A stretch of 64,000 bases of DNA, from assembly GCA_002720855.1 (NCBI GenBank), contig PBIN01000014.1, positions 393,619 to 457,618 on the forward strand. The letters are read 5' to 3'. A model generated the notes under the pieces. The model was not told the DNA's origin, did not search any database, and saw only the letters and a program-made list of their open reading frames with translations. This document shows positions 50,879-61,453 of this stretch, piece by piece. The position numbers were made by a program, and so were the translations under genes. Every line of letters starts with the position of its first letter. Position 1 is the first letter of the stretch. The DNA is from Rhodospirillaceae bacterium (GTDB lineage Bacteria > Pseudomonadota > Alphaproteobacteria > MPNO01 > UBA2964).

Positions 50879-52750
50879 TTAAGCGGTGGCCCTTTCGCCG
50901 TCGAGGACAATTGTTCGTTCAGGTGGGAAGGTTAGGGTTGCGGTTGTGCCAACGCCCGCTTCGCTCTCAAGGGAGAGTGTACCACCGTGCAAATCGATAA
51001 ACGATTTTACGAGGGGCAAACCGAGGCCTGTCCCCTCGTGAACGCGCATTAAAGAGCCATCGACTTGCTGAAAAGTCTGGAGCGCGAGTTGTAATCCTTC
51101 TTCATCCATACCGACGCCTGTGTCCGAAACGGCGATGCTGATGGTGTGGGTGTTTTTGCAGGCGAGGGCTTCAATTCTTACTGAACCCCCATCCTCAGTG
51201 AACTTGATGGCATTTGACAAAAGGTTAGTGACCATTTGTTTCAGCATACGATTGTCAGCCGATAACATGATTCCATTGATTTGAGTGCTGCAGCTCAGGT
51301 CTATATTTTTTTGATCGGCGCGTTCCCGCATCAAGGTCAATAAATCACCTATGATCCCTTCCACGGAGCTCCGTTCCTCTTGGATTTCCTTACGCCCCGC
51401 TTCGATTTTGGCAAGGTCGAGGATGTCATTGATTATGCTAAGGAGGTGATTGCCGCTATTATGAATATCACCTGCATATTCGATATATCTGGAACTTCCC
51501 AATGGTCCGAACATTTGCGACACGAAGGCACTTGAGAAACCGATAATCGCATTCAGCGGTGTTTTAAGTTCGTGACTCATATTCGCGAGAAACTCTGACT
51601 TCGCTTTGTTGGCACCGATTAATTCAGCGTTCTGAATCTCAAGTTTCTTTTGTGTTGCGCGTAGTTCTGAAATGTCCGTAATGCTTGCGTAGTAGCGAAT
51701 AGGCGATTTGGAGGTTTTTGTAAGGCGTGCAGCGTTAACCACAACAGCGGTGCGATTGCCATTCTTCCCAATCATCTGAGCTTCGCGCGAATAGGCGTCA
51801 GCGATCATGCTTTCCGGCAACGAAACGGAGACCTCGTGGTTGTCGAACTCAAACCTTGGGAGATGTTCCTGACGCATTTCTTTTGTAGAAACGAAGCCGG
51901 TGAGTTTCACGCAGGCTTTGTTGGCATACAAAATGTTTCCGTCCTCGTCATAGGCAAGGATGGCGTCGGTCGCTTGATTGGCCATCGCGGACATTGCCTT
52001 TAGTGTATCCCGATAGGAGGTTCCAACATGATGTAAAAGGCTGTTAGTTGCCTCAACGACATCGTGCAATTCATCCTGAAATCTGTTCTCCAGAACATAT
52101 CGATCGACATGATCGGGATCCGCATAAGCGGCGATCAAATTTTCACGAAGTTTGATGACGGGGGCGAGAATCAGGTTCCCGACGATAATCATCGTTGCTA
52201 AACAGACGACCGCCGAAATCAGCAAAACGAGCCCTAAAATCCGCCACACAAATGCCACCAATTCTTCGGAAACCATGCTCGCATCGAGTCTGGCGATCAT
52301 CGAGTACGGCGCTCTCAGCGCGTCGGAGGTCAAAGAAATGTCGTACCATTTTTTGTTTTGGCTACGGTGATGAACTTTAGAATTTTGTGCAATTGCTTCC
52401 TTCGTTAAAGCCGGTCTCATACCAAAGGACGCGATCTCCTTAAGATGAGGAGCATAAAGAATAACGCCGGCAATTACCTTCTGGCTGACAAGTATGCGAC
52501 CCAGCAACTTCAGATCCGAGACGCTGGCGTGAGACGATTTTAAGAATGTTGCCGAGAGCGCGGCTTGCGCCGAGCTCTCCAGGCTCTTGAGGAGATCCCG
52601 TTCGTAGTTTCTGTACGAAGGTATGAGAATTGCCGCTTCGACGACAATGATTGCCAAAAACACGTATAGGCCGATTCGACGGCAGAGCCGATATCCAAAA
52701 GCGATTTTTGCTGCTGAAGTTATCGTTCGCATGCCACGCATATGGGTCAA
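50879..52750 (-). CDS. Membrane PAS sensor histidine kinase (PleC/DivJ-like H-box)
   Basis: Two TMs, HAMP-like, PAS, FLANMSHELKTPLNAIIGFS, NAIKFT, DTGVG, GTGLGL. Confidence 0.9.
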   Translation of the reverse strand: MTHMRGMRTITSAAKIAFGYRLCRRIGLYVFLAIIVVEAAILIPSYRNYERDLLKSLESSAQAALSATFLKSSHASVSDLKLLGRILVSQKVIAGVILYAPHLKEIASFGMRPALTKEAIAQNSKVHHRSQNKKWYDISLTSDALRAPYSMIARLDASMVSEELVAFVWRILGLVLLISAVVCLATMIIVGNLILAPVIKLRENLIAAYADPDHVDRYVLENRFQDELHDVVEATNSLLHHVGTSYRDTLKAMSAMANQATDAILAYDEDGNILYANKACVKLTGFVSTKEMRQEHLPRFEFDNHEVSVSLPESMIADAYSREAQMIGKNGNRTAVVVNAARLTKTSKSPIRYYASITDISELRATQKKLEIQNAELIGANKAKSEFLANMSHELKTPLNAIIGFSSAFVSQMFGPLGSSRYIEYAGDIHNSGNHLLSIINDILDLAKIEAGRKEIQEERSSVEGIIGDLLTLMRERADQKNIDLSCSTQINGIMLSADNRMLKQMVTNLLSNAIKFTEDGGSVRIEALACKNTHTISIAVSDTGVGMDEEGLQLALQTFQQVDGSLMRVHEGTGLGLPLVKSFIDLHGGTLSLESEAGVGTTATLTFPPERTIVLDGERATA

Positions 52751-52929
52751 CGCCTTGGAACTTTAATCCGCAAAATTAAAGCGGAATTTTCCGTGTCTAA
52801 GGTTAACGAATCTTGAATATGCAGCGTCACGGGGTCGTGATTGAATCTTGCCGCGTAGTTTTCGGTAGCGCCCGCTATACGGCGACCGCTCCAACCGCAA
52901 TAATGTCTGATACCGATTGAGGAGGTATC

Positions 52930-53142
52930 ATGGAATTCGGTGTCTTCGATCATCTTGATCGCGGCAACATACCGCTTGAAGCGTACTACGAGGCTCGTCT
53001 GCGTATCATCGAATTATACGATCGCGCCGGGTTCTACGGTTATCACGTTGCGGAACATCATGGGACGCCACTCGGTATATCTCCCGAGAAGGTGGTGGCT
53101 TCCGTTCTCCTGTTTATCAACGAGATCGAGCTAGCTGTATGA
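52930..53142 (+). pseudogene. Remnant of luciferase-like (LLM) flavin monooxygenase
   Basis: MEFGVFDHLD...YHVAEHH.TPLG N-terminus with GGAGG SD but only 70 aa long. Confidence 0.8.
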
Positions 53143-53151
53143 AATTGAGGT

Positions 53152-53577
53152 CTAGTCGAACAGTTGAGCACCTTCCAGCGCAGCGACTCCGACTTTCGCA
53201 ACTTCCAAATCTTGTGCACCGGTCCCAGAGCCGACACCAATGCCGCCAACAACATGACCATCGACGATCAAAGGCAGGCCGCCGGGCAGATTGACACGCT
53301 GACCGTCAGTGACAATGGCGAGCTTCATATCGACCCCTTCCGGAATATCCCCTGTTGGGATGCCGTAGGTGGCCGCCGTCTCCGCTTTACGGCGTGACGA
53401 GATATTGGACATGGCAAACGCGCCATCCATGCGGCAGAAGGCCACCAGATTCCCGCCAGCGTCTACAACCGAAATGCATTGTGGTACGCCCATATCCTGT
53501 GCCTTGCCCATCGCCGCTTGCAGGACCTTCATAGCGCCGTCGCTGGTTAATTTGAGTGTTGGGGCGGTGTCTGCCAT
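53152..53577 (-). CDS. GlcG/HbpS heme-binding family protein
   Basis: VVDAGG, RMDGA, KA.TA, GGLPL, GIGVG. Confidence 0.9.
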   Translation of the reverse strand: MADTAPTLKLTSDGAMKVLQAAMGKAQDMGVPQCISVVDAGGNLVAFCRMDGAFAMSNISSRRKAETAATYGIPTGDIPEGVDMKLAIVTDGQRVNLPGGLPLIVDGHVVGGIGVGSGTGAQDLEVAKVGVAALEGAQLFD

Positions 53578-53654
53578 CTTTATCTCCGTAACGGTTAAAC
53601 TGACCGCATTAATGCGACCATCGATTTACAAGATTTACAGGAGCAACGCTCAGA

Positions 53655-54632
53655 ATGGAACTGCGGCGCTTTGGTCGAACTGAACTTCAAATTTCCGAAC
53701 TCGCTTTCGGCGGTGGACGCTCCGGCGGAATTTTAATCGACGCCGATGACGAAACACGCCGAGCAGCCGTGCGGCGGGCGCTTGATCTTGGAGTAAATTG
53801 GTTTGATACGGCACCGCAATATGGCGATGGCAAATCCGAAGAGGCGCTCGGCTGGTTGTTGGCGGAGGTGGCGGAGACTCCGTTTGTTTCCACGAAAGTC
53901 CGGATTGATATCGAGTCCTCCGAAAGCCTCGTGAGCCAGGTTGAGCGGAGTTTTGCTGCTAGTCTTGAACGCCTGGCACGCGATTCCGTCCATCTCCTCC
54001 AAATTCATAGTCTGATCGCGCCGGAGGCATCCGGCCGTACAATTTCCCCTGACCATGTACTTCGCGCAGGTGGCATGGCAGACGGTATGGAAAAATTACG
54101 GGATCAGGGCATGATCAAGTTTCTGGGGCTGACCGCCCTGGGAGACAATGGGGCTACTATTGAAGTAATCAATAGTGGCCGGTTTGATGCCGCTCAGATC
54201 TATTACAATATGATCAATCCGTCGTCGGACTGGGGTGCGCCTAAACGTGGATGGACAGGTTACGACGGCAGTGGTGTCATCAACGCCTGTCGGGATCAGG
54301 ATATGGGCGTAATGGCGATCCGGATTTTTGCGGCTAGCTATCTCGCCACCTCGACCCGTACGGGCCGGGAGAGCATTTTGACAGAGAATACCAACGCCGA
54401 AACGGAAGAGAGAAATGCTGACGCGGTGTTTGCCGCGCTCGGTGATGCTCATGGAACAAGGGCGCAATCAGCGGTAAGGTTTGTGCTAAGCAATAAAGAT
54501 GTTTCCACCGCCATTATCGGTTTATCGGAGACAGCTTATCTTGATGAAGCATTCAAGGGTGCGGCAATGGGGCCTTTGCCGGATGAAGTGCTTTTTCAAC
54601 TTGATCAGCTTTGCGAGGCGGGATTTGAATAG
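53655..54632 (+). CDS. Aldo/keto reductase
   Basis: FDTAPQYG.GKSE, STK, SLERL, LLQIH. Confidence 0.9.
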   Translation: MELRRFGRTELQISELAFGGGRSGGILIDADDETRRAAVRRALDLGVNWFDTAPQYGDGKSEEALGWLLAEVAETPFVSTKVRIDIESSESLVSQVERSFAASLERLARDSVHLLQIHSLIAPEASGRTISPDHVLRAGGMADGMEKLRDQGMIKFLGLTALGDNGATIEVINSGRFDAAQIYYNMINPSSDWGAPKRGWTGYDGSGVINACRDQDMGVMAIRIFAASYLATSTRTGRESILTENTNAETEERNADAVFAALGDAHGTRAQSAVRFVLSNKDVSTAIIGLSETAYLDEAFKGAAMGPLPDEVLFQLDQLCEAGFE

Positions 54633-55067
54633 ATGTCTGAGGTGGATTTAACCGACCGTTCAGTTTACGCGACCTGGACTCAGGATATCGTGCGGTATCG
54701 AGATCTCGATCCCAACGGCCATGTCAATAACGGTGCCATCAATCAGTACTTTGAGGATGGAAGAATTCACCTCCGTGATGAGCGGATGGTTGGGTTGGAC
54801 GAAAATCTCTTAAGAGGATTTGCGATCAAAAAATTCACGGCGACGTATCACGCCGCACTTTCTTATCCGGCAACTGTTGATATTGGTACCGTCGTCCTTC
54901 GGATTGGAAACTCTTCCTTTGTATTGGGGCAAGGCGTCTTCAATAACGATCTCTGTATCGCAACCGCAGATGTGATTTCTGTATTTTTCGATTCTGAGAC
55001 TGGTAAATCCAAAGCGCTCCCCGACCCAGTTCGGAATGCTTTGGTTTCTGCTGAAGTCAAGAAATGA
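54633..55067 (+). CDS. Acyl-CoA thioesterase (YbgC/4HBT-like)
   Basis: RYRDLDPNGHVNN, IGNSS. Confidence 0.88.
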   Translation: MSEVDLTDRSVYATWTQDIVRYRDLDPNGHVNNGAINQYFEDGRIHLRDERMVGLDENLLRGFAIKKFTATYHAALSYPATVDIGTVVLRIGNSSFVLGQGVFNNDLCIATADVISVFFDSETGKSKALPDPVRNALVSAEVKK

Positions 55068-55996
55068 CGTCGGGGATGACAGAGGTTTCGGTTACGGCCG
55101 GTTTTGCCAAAACTACCCCGGCCCTTTGGGTGGACCGAATTATTCCAATAGAGCCGACAGAGAAACCGCCACTTGTGTTGGTGCATGGCGGCGGCCACAC
55201 CGGTAGTTGCTATCTTCGAAAGCCCAATGGTGACGATGGATGGGCGCAGCGCTTTGCGGCATTGGGGTTCCCAGTACATGTTGTGGACTGGCCGGGGATG
55301 GGACGCAGTGGGCGCGTTGAATACGCTGACCTTACTGGCGAACTAGTTTGCGATACATTGGGTGCCTTTATCGAAACCCTGCCTGAACCCTGCGTGTTAC
55401 TGACACATTCAATGTCCGGGGCCTATGGTTGGCGCCTTGTCCAAAATTTTGGGCGGCGCATCCGTGCCGTTATTGGTGTGGCGCCATCGCCGCCCGGCAA
55501 TATTCAAAATGAACCGGAGATACTCGATGAGGGAGAAGGCTTTGTCGTTATAAGACGCGGTGCGTTTGACAGGCGCGTTGATCTTAACGAACCAACGCCC
55601 TTTAACGACTATCTGGTCGAGAACAAGATTATTGGGAATGGCGACAAATTTCCGAGGCTGTTTGTTGAGGCCTACAAGACGACCCTGACGGGAACGCCGC
55701 CACGACTTGCCTATGAACGCGGTAATATCAGTGGCAGCCAGCTTAAAATCACCAACACAGCGCCTTTCACCAACAAACCGATCTTGGTCGTTACCGCTGA
55801 TCATGATCTCGACCACACGCGAGAAATCGATGGCGCCATTGTGGATTGGTTGTCCGAAATCGGCGCTGATGCTGCGTTTTGTTATTTGCCTGATCGCGGC
55901 ATAGCCGGCAACGGACACATGATGATGCTTGAGGAAAACAGCAATGAGATTGCGGATTTGATTGCTGATTGGATTGACACGGCGATCACCAATTAA
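55064..55996 (+). CDS. Alpha/beta hydrolase (esterase 713-like)
   Basis: VHGGG, PNG..GW, THSMS, GIAGNGHMMMLE. Confidence 0.82.
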   Translation: MTSGMTEVSVTAGFAKTTPALWVDRIIPIEPTEKPPLVLVHGGGHTGSCYLRKPNGDDGWAQRFAALGFPVHVVDWPGMGRSGRVEYADLTGELVCDTLGAFIETLPEPCVLLTHSMSGAYGWRLVQNFGRRIRAVIGVAPSPPGNIQNEPEILDEGEGFVVIRRGAFDRRVDLNEPTPFNDYLVENKIIGNGDKFPRLFVEAYKTTLTGTPPRLAYERGNISGSQLKITNTAPFTNKPILVVTADHDLDHTREIDGAIVDWLSEIGADAAFCYLPDRGIAGNGHMMMLEENSNEIADLIADWIDTAITN

Positions 55997-56066
55997 GTGA
56001 TGGAGGTGCGCCGCATTCCCGCATTTGGTACAAATCGATAAAAGATGTTTAGCCAGGGAGAGAGAC

Positions 56067-56840
56067 GTGCCGACAGCCAACTATCCGAGCCTAAAGGACC
56101 GCGTAGTGATCATTACGGGCGGCGGCCAGGCGCTGGGCCGTACCTACGCGCATGAATTTGCCGCGCAAGGGGCGATTCCGGTAATCGCCGAACTGAGTGC
56201 TGAAAGTGGAGAGCGCGTTGTTAAAGAGATCGAGCAAAAGGGCGGCAGGGCACTATCTGTGCAAACCGATGTCTCAAGCGAGGCAGATGCGAAAGCCATG
56301 GCAGAGGCCGCGCTGTCCGCCTACGGCCGGATCGATTGCTTGATCAACAATGCTGCTGTCTTTTCACAGATAACCATCGCACCTTTCTGGGAACTGCCAG
56401 TTGAAGAATGGCAATCAGCAATGAGGGTTAATATCGATGGCGCGTTCTTTTGTTCTAGGGCGGTCGTGCCGGCAATGCAGGAAGGTAAGTGGGGACGGAT
56501 TATCAATGTCGCTTCGACGACCGTGCCCACCGGGCGGCCTAATTACCTGCATTATATAACGTCAAAATCGGCGATGATCGGCATGACGCGGTCTATGGCG
56601 CGCGAGCTTGGCGAATGGAATATCACCGTGCATCTGTTTATGCCGGGTGCTGTCGAAACCGAAGTAGAGCGCCCGTCAGTTTCAGGGGCGATGTTTGAGA
56701 CATTGGCAAAACAGCAGGCCATACAGCGGCCGGCAACGATGGATGAATACGCCGGCTTTATGTTGTTCCTGTGCTCCGACGACGCAGAGTTCACTACGGG
56801 TCAGACGTTTGCTGCCAACGGCGGGATTGCTTTCCCCTAA
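56067..56840 (+). CDS. Short-chain dehydrogenase/reductase
   Basis: TGGGQALG, NNAA, YITSK, PG; GTG start after AGGGAG. Confidence 0.9.
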   Translation: MPTANYPSLKDRVVIITGGGQALGRTYAHEFAAQGAIPVIAELSAESGERVVKEIEQKGGRALSVQTDVSSEADAKAMAEAALSAYGRIDCLINNAAVFSQITIAPFWELPVEEWQSAMRVNIDGAFFCSRAVVPAMQEGKWGRIINVASTTVPTGRPNYLHYITSKSAMIGMTRSMARELGEWNITVHLFMPGAVETEVERPSVSGAMFETLAKQQAIQRPATMDEYAGFMLFLCSDDAEFTTGQTFAANGGIAFP

Positions 56841-57049
56841 CCGTTCTTCGGCCCCATGCTGGATTCGATCTGAACCTGTTCTTGCAGGGTTTCAATCGTA
56901 ATATCAATTTGCGTGCGAAGTTTTGTGAGCCAGTCGATCACTTCCTTGAAGTCTTCTTCGGAATATTCCTCCTTGAAGACCTCATTTTCCATCATGAGCT
57001 TGGCCAGAATTTCGACGAATTTGAGTTGGTCGGGATCGAGAGGTTGCAC
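56837..57049 (-). CDS. Small acidic hypothetical protein
   Basis: 70 aa, AGGA SD before GTG, protein-like amphipathic composition. Confidence 0.6.
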   Translation of the reverse strand: MQPLDPDQLKFVEILAKLMMENEVFKEEYSEEDFKEVIDWLTKLRTQIDITIETLQEQVQIESSMGPKNG

Positions 57050-57179
57050 GGTGATTTCCTTTCGCGCTGTGATGAAAGGGAGTTAGCTCAGCTTAGCGCG
57101 GCCCGCAACCCGTTCGCTTGATTTTGTCCAAGGTGCAACGACGCAATCATCATGCTAAACAGCGTGCCGCGTTTAGGAG

Positions 57180-57959
57180 ATGATTGTGGAAGCGTTTATA
57201 GCGTTTTTGATTGAAGGGACGACCCTGACAGTAGCCGGTTTCGCGACCCTTTGTGGTGTTTCGTTCTTTGGCAGTTTTATAGCGGCTTCCCTAGGGCTTG
57301 GTGGCGGTGTTCTCGTGCTTGCAACAATGACCCTGTTCTTGCCGCCGACGGTGTTGATACCGATTCACGCCGTGGTTCAAATTGGGTCCAACGGCTTTCG
57401 CGCTTTTTTGTTGCGGCGCGATATTTTTTATTCCGTGATTCCGGCGTTTGCCGTTGGGACACTTGTTGGATCTTTTATCGGTGGCAAAACCCTCGTGGCG
57501 CTTGAGATTTGGGTTTTACAGGCGATCCTTGGGATATTCGTTCTCTATGCGACATGGGCACCAAAATTTAAGAGCTCGAACCCAGGGCCGGCGAAGTTTT
57601 TTGGCTGCGGCGTGTTTGGCGGTTTTGTGACGATGTTTGTAGGTGGCACCGGGCCTTTGGTCGCACCCTTGGTCAATGCTGCCTGTAAGGAGCGTCAACA
57701 GGTCGTTTCCACGCACGCGGTACTCATGACCTTCCAGCATAGTTTTAAGATCATTATTTTTGGCATACTGGGTTTTGCCTTTGGGCCGTATATCCCCTTG
57801 CTCGTTGGTTTGATCGGGTTTGGTGTATGCGGAACTCTTGTCGGCAAACAGGTCCTCGACAGGTTGCCTGAACGCGCGTTCCGGATTGGCCTGCAGACCA
57901 TCTTAACGTTATTGGCTCTAAGACTCCTCTACACGGCGGCGATGACGTATTTCGGCTAG
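57180..57959 (+). CDS. TauE/SafE (TSUP) family transporter
   Basis: GLGGG, PIHAVVQ..SN, GGTGP; multiple TMs. Confidence 0.85.
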   Translation: MIVEAFIAFLIEGTTLTVAGFATLCGVSFFGSFIAASLGLGGGVLVLATMTLFLPPTVLIPIHAVVQIGSNGFRAFLLRRDIFYSVIPAFAVGTLVGSFIGGKTLVALEIWVLQAILGIFVLYATWAPKFKSSNPGPAKFFGCGVFGGFVTMFVGGTGPLVAPLVNAACKERQQVVSTHAVLMTFQHSFKIIIFGILGFAFGPYIPLLVGLIGFGVCGTLVGKQVLDRLPERAFRIGLQTILTLLALRLLYTAAMTYFG

Positions 57960-59026
57960 GTTTCCTTAGCGCGTCGGCGCTGAACCCACGTTGCGGCAAG
58001 GTAAATATATTGGGTTCCCATATTCACGACGATGATCCGGAACAGGTGAAACGCCATAACCATGGGCACTGCCATCTGCAGTGCTTGAGCAACAACGGCC
58101 ATTTCCGCCATACCACCGGGTGCCGTTGCAATAATCATCGTCGCAATTGGCAGGTCGAAAGCCCACGCCACGCTGATTGCGACGGCGACTGACGCGAGAA
58201 TGATGAAGACAGCATTTACCAGAGCGAAAGGTATAAAAAGTTTATGACGCGCAAAAAATGCGCGCTCGTAACGCTCTCCCAATATCAATCCAAATAAAAG
58301 CTGCGCGAAATCGATGAGCCAGCCCGGAACCTCGGACAGGGTAAAGCCGTTCAGAGCGAGAATCATACCGAGAAAAAGCGGCGTTAGCAGACAACCGTTG
58401 TGAAATCGCAAGCGTTCGGATAGTTCGCCGAGTATCAACCCGACCGCTAACCACGGAATGAGAATGGTGTAATTGAGCGCGAATTCCGGTCGATAGGCGG
58501 AGGGTTCGATCGGAATGCCGCCATAGGTGATTCCGAAGGGAATGACGATCACGAGGATAGAAACCCTTAAACTATGAGCGACAGCAACCGGCGGCATCGT
58601 AGCGCCATATTTTTCTGCAAGGTTGGCCATAGCCATTGAGCCGCCCGGGATAGACGAAAAGAAGGCTGATTTGCCATCGACGCCGGAAACACGCGACATC
58701 ACGACGGCGCCGATTCCGCCAATAACGAATGCCGAGAGTGTTGTTATTAGAATTGCCAAAGAGTTGGAGGCGATGGCCGCAATGACGGTAGGTGTGAAAT
58801 ATACGCCAATTGCTGAGCCCAGAATGACCTGACCGACCTGCCGGCCATAGGGCAGCGCAAACGCGCGAATACCGAGTAAATTAAGCGTCGCAACGGCCAC
58901 CATGGGACCGATCAACCACGGGATCGGCGTATCCAGCCATCTCAACAGAGCACCGGCAGGAATACTCACAGCAAGGGCGAGCGCCATTCGCGGCAGGCGT
59001 TGTATAAAGGTATCTAAAAAACTCAT
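57956..59026 (-). CDS. AbrB family membrane protein
   Basis: PWLIGP, GQ..LG..IG..F, twin PGG motifs (IPGGS, APGGMAEM), H..R. Confidence 0.88.
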   Translation of the reverse strand: MSFLDTFIQRLPRMALALAVSIPAGALLRWLDTPIPWLIGPMVAVATLNLLGIRAFALPYGRQVGQVILGSAIGVYFTPTVIAAIASNSLAILITTLSAFVIGGIGAVVMSRVSGVDGKSAFFSSIPGGSMAMANLAEKYGATMPPVAVAHSLRVSILVIVIPFGITYGGIPIEPSAYRPEFALNYTILIPWLAVGLILGELSERLRFHNGCLLTPLFLGMILALNGFTLSEVPGWLIDFAQLLFGLILGERYERAFFARHKLFIPFALVNAVFIILASVAVAISVAWAFDLPIATMIIATAPGGMAEMAVVAQALQMAVPMVMAFHLFRIIVVNMGTQYIYLAATWVQRRRAKET

Positions 59027-59082
59027 TTAAGGGTGAACCGGTACTGAATCCAGACGGGTGTTTATTATATTCTTTAAATTCG

Positions 59083-60483
59083 CTACTGACGACCGCTCGC
59101 GGCGATAGCTTCCGCAGCCAGCAGACCAATGCAAAATGATTTGGTCAGACCCCCGACATACGCAGCACGGGGCCCGCCTTCTATACCGCCAACCGAAGAA
59201 CCTGCTGCAAAGAGACCGGGAATGGGGCGATCATTCTCGTCCATTACCTGCCCCTTGCCGTTGACCGATAATCCACCTGAGGTAACGGTGATCCCGGCGC
59301 ATACTGGGATCGCGTAAAATGGTGGTTCTTGGATGCTCTGCGCAGGATAAATGCTTTGCGTGCGCGGGATGGGGAGCGAATTGGGTTCTGCATTTTCCAA
59401 ATGGGCATTGTATGAAGTCACAGTTTCTATCAATCCAGCGACTTCGATCTCCGCTGTAGTCGCGAGTTCTTCAAGCGATGCAGCTTCGATTACCGTTCCA
59501 CCCGCATCAGGCAAAGATGGATTTGGTGGAACGTTGTCGGTGGTTTTAGCGTCTTCCCAAACACGGGCGTCAAAAACCGTTGTCGCCGATAGCGGGTCAT
59601 CAAGCCGTCCGATGGCATTCGCCAAATAAATGCCGCCATGCCCTTCATCCGCGAAACGTTTACCGTTCTCGTCAACCAGGATACTCGTTGAACAAATCAC
59701 ATCGACTTGCGGATATGGCCAAAGCTTTTCGTTGTTCATTGCATCTCGGCTTAGTATGTGGCCGTAAAAACTGTCGAGACCGACGGTTGCCGCATCTACA
59801 TCCATCGCCATCCGCAACCCGTCACCTTTGCCGGTTCCAGCGTTGCGTTGTTGAAGCTGAGAAATTTTGCAACCGATGTGTCGATCGACCAAATCACCAT
59901 TTGCCTGAAAACCACCATCGGCGATGACGACATTGCTGGCGGTTAAAATCTCGGTTTTTTGACCAGTCGATACCTCCAAACCGATGAGTTTGCCGTTAGA
60001 CAATTGGAGTTTGTTGGCCCGCACGCCGCGCCGCAGTTCGCCGCCACGATCTATCAAAAGCTTGCCCAATTTTTGGAGCAGGGCGTTCGCCCCACCACCT
60101 TGCCAGTCGAGACCCGCTTTCATCTCCCGAAGTGGAGACAACATTGGCATGTGGTCGTTGCGACGAGGATGATCCTCGAAGGTGGCGCCCTGATTTTTTA
60201 ACCACTCGATTGTCCTAGCGGCATTTTCACCGATTGAAACAGCAAGATCTTTGCGCGCAGCGCCATCGGTGTTTTTGATGATCGCATTGGTTAGTTCTTC
60301 TGGGTCGGCCCAGGGAGTATGAAAAGCGACATGGCAGGAGCCGGTTGAAAAGCGCGAATTGCATTCATACAGCTCGTCGCTACTCGCCTCCAAAACGAGG
60401 GGTTTCAAACCAAGTTCAGCGGCGCGGTTTGCAGTAGTCAGCCCCGCAAACCCGGCGCCGATAACGATAAGATCAAATGACAT
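59083..60483 (-). CDS. FAD-dependent oxidoreductase, FAD_binding_2 family (TcuA/KstD/Fcc-like)
   Basis: GAGFAG, NSRFSTG, ADGGFQAN, GDG, G.RFADE, PPFYA, T.GGL, GLFAAG. Confidence 0.85.
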   Translation of the reverse strand: MSFDLIVIGAGFAGLTTANRAAELGLKPLVLEASSDELYECNSRFSTGSCHVAFHTPWADPEELTNAIIKNTDGAARKDLAVSIGENAARTIEWLKNQGATFEDHPRRNDHMPMLSPLREMKAGLDWQGGGANALLQKLGKLLIDRGGELRRGVRANKLQLSNGKLIGLEVSTGQKTEILTASNVVIADGGFQANGDLVDRHIGCKISQLQQRNAGTGKGDGLRMAMDVDAATVGLDSFYGHILSRDAMNNEKLWPYPQVDVICSTSILVDENGKRFADEGHGGIYLANAIGRLDDPLSATTVFDARVWEDAKTTDNVPPNPSLPDAGGTVIEAASLEELATTAEIEVAGLIETVTSYNAHLENAEPNSLPIPRTQSIYPAQSIQEPPFYAIPVCAGITVTSGGLSVNGKGQVMDENDRPIPGLFAAGSSVGGIEGGPRAAYVGGLTKSFCIGLLAAEAIAASGRQ

Positions 60484-60485
60484 AA

Positions 60486-61358
60486 CTACTCGATAAAGAT
60501 TATTGTTGCGCCGGCCGTCTCGGAAGCCGGAATCTGTATTTCCTGTTTCATTTCGTTAAATGGGATGCCGTTTTGTTTCAGGAACATTCGAGTGTCCTCT
60601 ATTTCCCGTGTTCTGATCTTGACCAGTGATGCAAAGGGCAAAACAGGCGCTTCAATATCATATTCCGAAAGAAGCGCATCTCTGTCCGTGAGGACAAATT
60701 TACCGTCGCACAATTCGAACAGCCATTTGTTGCCATCCCGATTTGCATGTGTTCCAAAATAGCGGGCGTATCGTTGGGCGACCGATTCCGGTTCAGCGAC
60801 ACAGACTTGAAGTTCTTCAAGTGCCACCGCCCCGTTGGGATGGCTCATATAGCGATCCTGCCATAGGTATTCTCGGGTCAAATGTTCAATCGCAAGCACC
60901 CGCCCCTCCGGCATTTCTTCCGGCGGCAGTCGCACAAGATTGAATTCCGCTTTCCGTTCGCCATCCGGCGTATCCAATGACCTGGCCAATCCATGCACAC
61001 CGTTTGCACCAAATCCTTCTTGGGCGAGCCGAGTCGCGGTCGCGGCACCATCAAGACAACCAAAGGCCAAAATGTGAATACCTTCATACCGCGCTAAAAA
61101 CTCAGGTATCTTGTTGTTGTATAGAGTTGGGTCAACAACGCCCATGAGCTCCAGATAGCCCTGTTCGAGCATAATGCACCGGTTGGCGCAGCCCCATTGA
61201 ACAACATCGCCACCCGGCGTGAGCGCGCCAGAATGTTGCGATAACGGCGTCAGGCAGAAACCAATACGTTCATAGTCGACTGCGGAGGCATGCAGGTCTT
61301 GAACCATCACAGCGATATGGTCGAGAGCGTCTATTTTATCTGTAATTGTTTCGGCCAT
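60486..61358 (-). CDS. VOC / glyoxalase-like (Glyoxalase_3) protein
   Basis: LDH...V.DL, GF.LTP, GCAN, YLEL, HPNG. Confidence 0.85.
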   Translation of the reverse strand: MAETITDKIDALDHIAVMVQDLHASAVDYERIGFCLTPLSQHSGALTPGGDVVQWGCANRCIMLEQGYLELMGVVDPTLYNNKIPEFLARYEGIHILAFGCLDGAATATRLAQEGFGANGVHGLARSLDTPDGERKAEFNLVRLPPEEMPEGRVLAIEHLTREYLWQDRYMSHPNGAVALEELQVCVAEPESVAQRYARYFGTHANRDGNKWLFELCDGKFVLTDRDALLSEYDIEAPVLPFASLVKIRTREIEDTRMFLKQNGIPFNEMKQEIQIPASETAGATIIFIE

Positions 61359-61453
61359 TTCTGGTTCGTTAACTGATCATCCTATCCTGCGCAATTTGCG
61401 CCGCAATCGAAAGGGCGGATATGCTGTATTTAGCAATAGCGTAGGAGCGCGGT

